NCBI GenBank assembly: GCA_028717245.1 | Contig: JAQUOD010000001.1 | Coordinates: forward strand, 21,514-85,513 | Reading direction: 5' to 3' | DNA from: Candidatus Omnitrophota bacterium | Lineage (GTDB): Bacteria; Omnitrophota; Gorgyraeia; Gygaellales; Profunditerraquicolaceae | Length of the DNA stretch: 64,000 bases | In this document: positions 57,583-64,000 of the stretch, piece after piece | How positions within the stretch are numbered: position 1 is the first letter of the stretch | How the letters are laid out: the number at the start of each line of letters is the position of its first letter | Notes under the pieces: generated by a model | Database searches by the model: none | The model's input: only the letters and a program-made list of their open reading frames with translations | Told to the model about the DNA's origin: nothing | Made by a program: the position numbers and the translations under genes

Positions 57583-58231
57583 CATATAATCCCTCCTTTT
57601 GGTCTGGAAATATCTTCTGGAATCTATCAACCAGCCCTTTTTTTATTCTTTCTATTTCAATATTACGGTCCAGCGCTTTTTCTAACGCAGTCATCTCTAT
57701 ATCCATGCCGCAGGGTTTGATCAAACAGAAATTATCCAAGTCATCCTTTTTGATATTTATGCTTATGCCGTGTAAAGTAATCCAGTTCTTTACGCTGATA
57801 CCGATGGAGGATATTTTTTCCCTGGATATCCATACCCCGGTCAGGCCCGGATAAGTCAAGGCATTAAGCCCAAAATCTGAAATAAAACCGACAGCTGCTT
57901 CTTCGAGTTTTCTAAGAAAGAAATGGATGTCTTTTTTTAGGTAGTTCAGGTTGAATATCGGATATGCAATGAGTTGCCCGGGGCCATGATAGGTAACGTC
58001 GCCTCCGCGCTCTATTTCGTATATTTGAATGCCCCTGTTTTTTAATTCCTGCGCAGAAACCCTGATATTTTCTTTCTTCGCTGACCGCCCTAAGGTTATT
58101 ACGGGATAGTGCCGGCAGAGGATCAGCCCGGCTTTATAATAATTATTTTTTATTTCCTGGAATATTTCCTTTTGGAATTGCCAGGCCGCCTTAAAATCTA
58201 CTAATCCTAAATCAAAAAGCTTAAATTCCAT
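57578..58231 (-). CDS. lipB: Octanoyltransferase (lipoate-protein ligase B)
   Basis: LipB core GGxxTYHGPGQ and catalytic Cys region. Confidence 0.85.
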   Translation of the reverse strand: MEFKLFDLGLVDFKAAWQFQKEIFQEIKNNYYKAGLILCRHYPVITLGRSAKKENIRVSAQELKNRGIQIYEIERGGDVTYHGPGQLIAYPIFNLNYLKKDIHFFLRKLEEAAVGFISDFGLNALTYPGLTGVWISREKISSIGISVKNWITLHGISINIKKDDLDNFCLIKPCGMDIEMTALEKALDRNIEIERIKKGLVDRFQKIFPDQKEGLYG

Positions 58232-59528
58232 AACCTTCTTTTAATGCGCTAGCGATCCCTTCTGATAATGTCGGGTGGGGGAATATGATTTCCTTCAGCT
58301 CGGAGATTTTAAGGCGGGATTTGACAGCGAGGGTAAGGATGCCGATTAATTCGGTTGCGCGCGGGCCGATTATCGAAGCGCCCAGGACCTGCCCTGTTTT
58401 TTTATCGGAGAGTATTTTAATAAAACCTTCTGTTTCGTTTAATATCCGGGCCATCCCGGAACCTAAAAAATCAAACCTGTTTATTTTTACGTCCGTGCCT
58501 GCTGATTTTACCTCTTTTTCCGTCAGTCCGACGCTGCCTATTTCCGGTTCAGTAAAGATACAACTGGGGATATTTTGGCTATACACCTTCTTAGGATGCG
58601 AATGGCCCATAATATTCTCTGCGGCAATTTCTCCCTGGTACGCGGCAAAGTGCGCCAGCATAGTTTCATTCGCGCAATCGCCGGCTGCATAAATATTGGG
58701 CAGGTTGGTTTTAAGATATTCATCAACTAGAATCCTTTTGCCCTCTAATTTTACGCCCTGTTCTTCAAGGCCCAAACCTTCTGTATTGGGGGCGCGGCCT
58801 ACGCAGACCAGCACTAAATTATAATTACTTAGATCAACTGTAGTTGCGTCGGTTTTAGTATATATTTTAATGCCTTTCTTCTTAAAAATTATTTCTATTT
58901 TTTTTGCTATTTCTTCATCCATCCCGGGCAAAAGCTGAGGTTCCAACTCTACAACAGAAACCCCGCAATCAAAGCTTGAAAATAAGCTCGCGAATTCACA
59001 GCCGATGACCCCTCCTCCGATGATTAAAAGTGACCCTGGCAATTCTTCTAAATCCAGGATTTCATCGCTGGAAATAACTTTTTTCCCGTCGAATTTTATG
59101 TCTTTTAAAGCGTAAGGCCTTGAGCCGGTAGCAATAAGGATAGACTTGGCATTTATCTGTCTTTGGCCTATTTCTATAGTATTTTCCGATACAAGCCGGG
59201 CGCCTTCATTTATAAAATCAACGCCGCCGAGTGCGGATTCCATACCTTTGCGTAATTGCTGGATGATTTTATTTTTTCTGGCCTGGGCTTCATTAAGATT
59301 GAGGTGAGGGTTTAATGTTTCTATGCCGAATATCTTGGCAATTTTTGCGAGGTTATAAATTTTAGCAGAAGCTAGCAGTGTTTTGGTGGGTATGCAGCCG
59401 CGGTTTAAGCAGGTACCGCCTAAGTTATTTTTTTCAATAAGGGCGGTCTTTAAGCCCTTGGATTTAGCTTTTAGCGCAGCATTAAACCCTGCCCAGCCCG
59501 CGCCGATTATGGCCAAATCATAATCCAT
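58221..59528 (-). CDS. lpd: Dihydrolipoyl dehydrogenase-family FAD disulfide oxidoreductase
   Basis: GGTCLNRGCIPTK redox-active disulfide motif, FAD and NAD Rossmann motifs. Confidence 0.85.
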   Translation of the reverse strand: MDYDLAIIGAGWAGFNAALKAKSKGLKTALIEKNNLGGTCLNRGCIPTKTLLASAKIYNLAKIAKIFGIETLNPHLNLNEAQARKNKIIQQLRKGMESALGGVDFINEGARLVSENTIEIGQRQINAKSILIATGSRPYALKDIKFDGKKVISSDEILDLEELPGSLLIIGGGVIGCEFASLFSSFDCGVSVVELEPQLLPGMDEEIAKKIEIIFKKKGIKIYTKTDATTVDLSNYNLVLVCVGRAPNTEGLGLEEQGVKLEGKRILVDEYLKTNLPNIYAAGDCANETMLAHFAAYQGEIAAENIMGHSHPKKVYSQNIPSCIFTEPEIGSVGLTEKEVKSAGTDVKINRFDFLGSGMARILNETEGFIKILSDKKTGQVLGASIIGPRATELIGILTLAVKSRLKISELKEIIFPHPTLSEGIASALKEGYGI

Positions 59529-60453
59529 GGCAGAAAGATTTTATTAATTCTAAGTTTTTACGTATGGATTCGGCTGAACGCAAAAAAGCTAACTCTTCTT
59601 CTTTATTTAAATCAAGCTCAATGATTTCCTCTATGCCTTCTTTGCCCAAGCGGCAGGGTACGCCGATACAGATATCCCTAATACCGTATTCGCCGCTTAA
59701 ATAGGCCGATACGCCTATAGTGTGTTTTTCATTTTTTACGATTGTTTTGATAATCTCTGTGATTGCCTGGGAAGGGGCAAAATGCGCGCTACCGCTACCT
59801 AATAAAGAAACAATCTCCTGTCCGCGTTGCAGGGTTTTTTCTATTAAGCGCCCTGTTTTTTGAGCATCCAGGAGGTTATTTAATGCCGTGCCCTTTACGG
59901 TCGTAAATCTGGGCAGGATGAGCATATTTTCCCCATGGTTTCCGATTACACAGGCCTCGATATCAGCATAGGGGGCATTTAATTCTCTGCTTATAAAATT
60001 GGCAAATCTGGCTGCGTCCAGGGTAACCCCCATGCCGAATACCTTCTGGGGCTTAAAACCGGTAATTTTAAGCGCCAGGTAAGTCATTAAATCCAGGGGG
60101 TTAGTCACGATTATAACTATAGAATTAGGGCTGAGTTCTTTTACATTCAGGCAGATCTTTTTTAAGATCAGGGCATTTTTACTTAATAAATCCTCCCTGG
60201 TCATCCCGGGTTTACGGGTTAACCCCGCGGTAATTATTATAATATCTGACCCGGATATCTCTTTTATATCATCCGTGCCGTGGATACGATAATCATATTT
60301 CAGGATAGCCCCCGCATCTTCTAAGTCCAGGGCCTTGCCTTGCGCCAGGCCTTTGGCTATATCCACCAGGATTATATCCTCAAAGCCTGTTTCAGCTAAG
60401 CGCATTGCCGTTAATCCGCCTATATTGCCCGCGCCTATTATGGAGATTTTCAT
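59518..60453 (-). CDS. mdh: Malate/L-lactate dehydrogenase (LDH/MDH family)
   Basis: MKISIIGAGNIGG Rossmann start, substrate-loop and catalytic H pattern. Confidence 0.8.
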   Translation of the reverse strand: MKISIIGAGNIGGLTAMRLAETGFEDIILVDIAKGLAQGKALDLEDAGAILKYDYRIHGTDDIKEISGSDIIIITAGLTRKPGMTREDLLSKNALILKKICLNVKELSPNSIVIIVTNPLDLMTYLALKITGFKPQKVFGMGVTLDAARFANFISRELNAPYADIEACVIGNHGENMLILPRFTTVKGTALNNLLDAQKTGRLIEKTLQRGQEIVSLLGSGSAHFAPSQAITEIIKTIVKNEKHTIGVSAYLSGEYGIRDICIGVPCRLGKEGIEEIIELDLNKEEELAFLRSAESIRKNLELIKSFCHGL

Positions 60454-60470
60454 ATAATATGCCTACCGTT

Positions 60471-60541
60471 GTGTCAAGGTATCATGTATCAAGGTATCAA
60501 AGTTTTTTCTTTGATACTCTGACACTTTGATACTTTGATAC
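60471..60541. repeat. GTATCAAAG-arm palindromic element, copy C (between mdh and IDH-like genes)
   Basis: GTGTCAAGGTATCATGTATCAAGGTATCAAAG-TTTTTT-CTTTGATACTCTGACACTTTGATACTTTGATAC. Confidence 0.7.
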
Positions 60542-60543
60542 GC

Positions 60544-61626
60544 TTACCTTAATTTTCCAATAATAGCATCCGCCATCTCTTTGGTCCCGACGCAGGTAGG
60601 GTCGTTACGGTCAGGTTTTAAATCATAAGTTACGGATTTGCCTTCGGCTAACACCTTTTTTAACGCCTCCTCCAGTTTATCCGCAGCCCTATCTTCTTTG
60701 ATGTGCCTAAGCATCAAAACACCCGATAAAATCATGGCCATGGGATTGACTTTATTCAACCCCTTGTATTTAGGCGCCGAACCGTGCACGGCTTCAAATA
60801 CCGCTAAATCTTCTCCGATATTGGCTCCCGGGGCAACCCCTAAGCCGCCGACTAAACCCGCGCACAAATCGGAGATTATATCGCCATAAAGGTTAGGTAA
60901 CACCAGGCAATCGTAATTATGGGGTTTCTGCACCAGCTGCATGGCCATATTATCTACGATCGCCTCTTCGAAAACTATTCTATCTAAATATTCTTTGGCT
61001 ACTTCCCGCGCTGCCTTCAGGAATAATCCGTCGGTAAATTTCATGATGTTTGCCTTATGTACGACTGTAACTTTTTTACGGCGGTGTTTAACGGCGTATT
61101 CAAAGGCGAAGCGTATAATTCTTTGGGAAGCGGTTATGGATATGGGTTTTATGGAAATACCAGAATCCCGGCGTATCTTTTTTTTACTATATTCTTCGAT
61201 TTGGGCAATGAGTTTTTTTGTTTCAGGCTTACCTTCTTCAAATTCTATGCCGGCATATAAATCTTCGCTATTTTCCCGTATAATTACCAGGTCTATATCT
61301 TTGTAGGGGCTCGCGACGCCTGAATAGGTCTTTGCCGGCCGCACACAGGCGTAAAGGTCCAATGCCTGCCTGATGGCTACATTTACCGAGCGAAAACCTT
61401 CGCCAATGGGAGTAACAATAGGCCCTTTCAGGGCGACCTTGTTCTTTTTTATGGATTCCAATACGTTTTCAGGCAGGATGTCGCCGTATTTATCAATGGC
61501 TGTCTCTCCGGCAATGACTTCATCCCAGGTAATTTCTACGCCGGTTGCTTCAATGCATCTTTTCGCCGCCTGGGTTACTTCCGGTCCGATTCCGTCACCT
61601 GGTATTAAGGTTATTCTGTGCATCAT
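60544..61626 (-). CDS. Isocitrate/3-isopropylmalate dehydrogenase family decarboxylating dehydrogenase
   Basis: [14 protein letters not shown]-terminus and NLYGDIISD substrate motif; context beside LeuC/LeuD-like genes leaves IDH vs IMDH/HICDH open. Confidence 0.75.
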   Translation of the reverse strand: MMHRITLIPGDGIGPEVTQAAKRCIEATGVEITWDEVIAGETAIDKYGDILPENVLESIKKNKVALKGPIVTPIGEGFRSVNVAIRQALDLYACVRPAKTYSGVASPYKDIDLVIIRENSEDLYAGIEFEEGKPETKKLIAQIEEYSKKKIRRDSGISIKPISITASQRIIRFAFEYAVKHRRKKVTVVHKANIMKFTDGLFLKAAREVAKEYLDRIVFEEAIVDNMAMQLVQKPHNYDCLVLPNLYGDIISDLCAGLVGGLGVAPGANIGEDLAVFEAVHGSAPKYKGLNKVNPMAMILSGVLMLRHIKEDRAADKLEEALKKVLAEGKSVTYDLKPDRNDPTCVGTKEMADAIIGKLR

Positions 61627-61627
61627 T

Positions 61628-62185
61628 CTACACCTTCAATTCTTTATATTTCTTAAAGTAGTTGACTATCCCGCCTTCTCTCAGTATTTCCTGCATAAAT
61701 TTAGGCAAAGGCTTAACCTGCATAGTTAAATTTTTAGTTAAATTCATAACTATGCCTTTGTCCATATCTACGGCTAAAATATCGTTCTCTTCTATTTTAT
61801 CCGTATCGGTTTCAATAAGGGTCAAGCCTATATTAAAGCTATTACGATAAAATATACGCGCAAAGGACTTGGCTAAAATAGCACTGATACCGGATTCTTT
61901 TATTACTAAAGGCGCCTGTTCGCGCGAGGAGCCCATGCCGAAATTTTCCCCTGCTACAAGCATGGATTTACCGGGTATTATCTTTGCGTGGAACTCAGGG
62001 TCAATATCCTCCATTATATGCTTGGCTAATTCTTTGATATCTGTGATTGAGAATTTATATCTGCCGGATATGATAAAATCCGTATTTATATTATCCCCTA
62101 ATTTTATAACCTTGCCTTCTATTTTCATCCCGTTACAAACACCACCTTTGCCCGTTACTGGCCAATAGTTTATAACGGGACTCAT
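61628..62185 (-). CDS. Aconitase-family small (swivel) subunit, LeuD-like
   Basis: [11 protein letters not shown] and swivel-domain length. Confidence 0.75.
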   Translation of the reverse strand: MSPVINYWPVTGKGGVCNGMKIEGKVIKLGDNINTDFIISGRYKFSITDIKELAKHIMEDIDPEFHAKIIPGKSMLVAGENFGMGSSREQAPLVIKESGISAILAKSFARIFYRNSFNIGLTLIETDTDKIEENDILAVDMDKGIVMNLTKNLTMQVKPLPKFMQEILREGGIVNYFKKYKELKV

Positions 62186-63255
62186 AGTTGCTTAAATTCA
62201 TCAGGGCTCTTGACCTTGGACATGGCCACGTCCAGGCTGATCAGCCCCTGCTGGTAGAGTTCCTTCAGGGATTTATCCATTGTTTTCATGCCGTATTGGC
62301 TGCCGGTCTGCATAAGCGTAGCGATCTGTTCAATCTCCTGTGTACGGATAAGGTTTCTTATGCCGGCGACACCCAGCATTATCTCCGTAGCGATTACGCG
62401 GCCCTGGCCGGAGGCCTTAGGGAGCAATAGCTGCGATATGACCCCCTGCAGGCAGTCGGCTAACTGCAGCCTTATCTGCGGCTGTTGATGGGAAGGAAAA
62501 ACGTCTATGATCCTTTGGACGGTCTGCGGGGCATCCGGTGTATGTAAGGTTGCCAAAACCAAATGCCCGGTTTCTGCGGCAGTAAGAGTAGTAGAGATAG
62601 TTTCTAAGTCGCGCATTTCGCCTACAACGATGATATTGGGGTCCTGCCTTAAGACGTGCCTTAAGGCTTCCGCGAAAGAGTGGGTATCGGCGTAAACCTC
62701 CCTTTGCTTAATAATGCTTTTTTTATTCGGCTGTATAAATTCAATGGGGTCTTCAATACATACGACCAAGCTTTCCCTTTCATTATTGATCAAGTCAATC
62801 ATTGCTGCTAAGGTAGTGGTTTTACCTGAGCCCGTTGGGCCGGTAACCAGCACTAAACCGTTAGGTTTACGCGCCAGGTCCTTAACTATAGGCGGCAGGC
62901 CTAATTCTTCAATCGCGGGTATTCTTAAGGGGACGCGCCTGAATGCCGCTTCCACTGACCCTCTTTGTATGTGTACATTGACCCTGAACCTGTCCATAGC
63001 TGCGAGGGCAAGGGAGAAATCCAATTCTAAGTCATGCTCCAGCTTTTCCTTCTGGGAATTATTCAGTATGCCGTAAATCATAAGTTTTAAATCCTCCCTC
63101 TTTAAGGGGGGCTGGTTTACCCGCATTAGCTTTCCGTCGATACGCAAGATGGGCGGTTCCTTTTCGGTAAGATGCAGGTCCGAAGCTTTTTTTTCTATGC
63201 ACAACAAAAGCAATTCACGGATTTCTATCATACTAACCTCCCTTAATGAGCACAT
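62182..63255 (-). CDS. pilT: Type IV pilus retraction ATPase PilT
   Basis: Walker A GPTGSGKTT, Asp box, Walker B, His box; PilT-length (357 aa). Confidence 0.85.
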   Translation of the reverse strand: MCSLREVSMIEIRELLLLCIEKKASDLHLTEKEPPILRIDGKLMRVNQPPLKREDLKLMIYGILNNSQKEKLEHDLELDFSLALAAMDRFRVNVHIQRGSVEAAFRRVPLRIPAIEELGLPPIVKDLARKPNGLVLVTGPTGSGKTTTLAAMIDLINNERESLVVCIEDPIEFIQPNKKSIIKQREVYADTHSFAEALRHVLRQDPNIIVVGEMRDLETISTTLTAAETGHLVLATLHTPDAPQTVQRIIDVFPSHQQPQIRLQLADCLQGVISQLLLPKASGQGRVIATEIMLGVAGIRNLIRTQEIEQIATLMQTGSQYGMKTMDKSLKELYQQGLISLDVAMSKVKSPDEFKQL

Positions 63256-63352
63256 AACTTACTCGCGCTCTCGTGCTCGTAAGTTATGTGCGCGAATTAA
63301 TCCGCCTTCGGCGGATAAGTTCGGACAATCCGCCTACGGCGGATGTCCTCAC

Positions 63353-64000
63353 TTATAAGTATTCACGAGGGTCGGTAATCTTCCCCTTAACCGCAGATGC
63401 GCTGACCGTAGCCGGCGAAGCCAAATAAATAAATGCGTTGGGGTTGCCCATCCTGCCTTTGAAATTTCTGTTGGCGCTGGATATAACTGTTTCGCCGTCT
63501 GCGGGGACGCCATTATGCGTGCCGACGCAGGGTCCGCATCCGGGAGCGACTATTACTGCGCCCGCCTTAATAAATATATCAATAATACCCGACCGTAAGG
63601 CATCCTGAAATATTGCGCGTGAAGAAGGGGCAACGATGAATTTCACTCCCCTGGCCACTTTTCTTGATTTGAGTATTTTAGCCGCTATGGTTAAATCTTG
63701 AAGCCTGCCGTTTGTGCAAGTGCCTAAAAAAGCCTCATCTATTTTTTTACCCTTCAATTTATTTACGTCTACGGCGCTATCTACGCTGTGTGGGCAGGAT
63801 ACTTGCGGCTTAAGCTGTGAGATATCATACTCTAAGGTTTTGATATATTCAGCGCCTTTATCTGCCGTTACCGCCTTTATTTTTTTGTTTTTAACCCTTG
63901 TTTTTAACCAGGCTGAAGTCTTTTTATCCTGGGGCATAAATCCTGCCTTAGCCCCCATCTCTACGACCATATTACAGACGGTAAAACGGCCGTCCATGCC
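63353..64000 (-). CDS. Aconitase-family large subunit, LeuC-like (C-terminal part; N-terminus beyond window)
   Basis: Fe-S ligand motif GCGPCVG and SANRNFKGRMG. Confidence 0.75.
   Translation of the reverse strand, partial: GMDGRFTVCNMVVEMGAKAGFMPQDKKTSAWLKTRVKNKKIKAVTADKGAEYIKTLEYDISQLKPQVSCPHSVDSAVDVNKLKGKKIDEAFLGTCTNGRLQDLTIAAKILKSRKVARGVKFIVAPSSRAIFQDALRSGIIDIFIKAGAVIVAPGCGPCVGTHNGVPADGETVISSANRNFKGRMGNPNAFIYLASPATVSASAVKGKITDPREYL

Noticed and set aside
1-64000. CRISPR arrays, integrases, transposases, rRNA genes
   Set aside because: Scanned for regularly spaced direct repeats and for transposase/integrase motifs (DDE, tyrosine recombinase R..H..R..Y); none found. The only tandem repeats are the short TGACCAA tract and the palindromic elements

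Overview
This is a 64 kb chromosomal window from a moderately AT-rich Gram-negative-type bacterium; it encodes LpxL, TonB/TonB-dependent receptor, an outer-membrane beta-barrel, PilT and PilZ. Most genes are on the minus strand after ~12.9 kb. Housekeeping content includes a pyruvate,phosphate dikinase (PPDK) fragment, a sigma-70 factor, apt, aroB/aroQ, accBC, efp, rpsU, thiC, gmhA/rfaE, pfk, lipB/lpd, mdh, a leuBCD-like set, and two tRNAs (Arg-CCT, Gly-CCC). A long minus-strand cobalamin salvage/uptake operon (btuFCD-cobCUTS-btuB-like) sits behind a cobalamin riboswitch with terminator. Features that look accessory or unusual: (i) a promoter-driven operon encoding a membrane protein, a ParA/MinD-type ATPase fused to an AMPK-beta/CBM48 glycogen-binding domain, and a lysine-rich histone-H1-like protein, immediately downstream of a GH57 alpha-glucan enzyme, suggesting a possible glycogen-granule positioning system; (ii) a strongly AT-rich two-gene island of unknown function next to a SAM methyltransferase and a BrnT/BrnA toxin-antitoxin pair, whose promoter/operator sequence is duplicated in front of one island gene; (iii) three dispersed non-coding repeat families (a GTATCAAAG-arm long palindrome, paired GGGACWGTCCC palindromes at 5' gene ends, and a ~100 nt GC-rich structured element in two copies); (iv) an unannotated two-gene small-protein operon at 17.4-17.8 kb; (v) a ~430 bp GC-rich intergenic region that could be a structured RNA. 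All calls rest on motif-level reading of the translated ORFs and the DNA; no database searches were possible.
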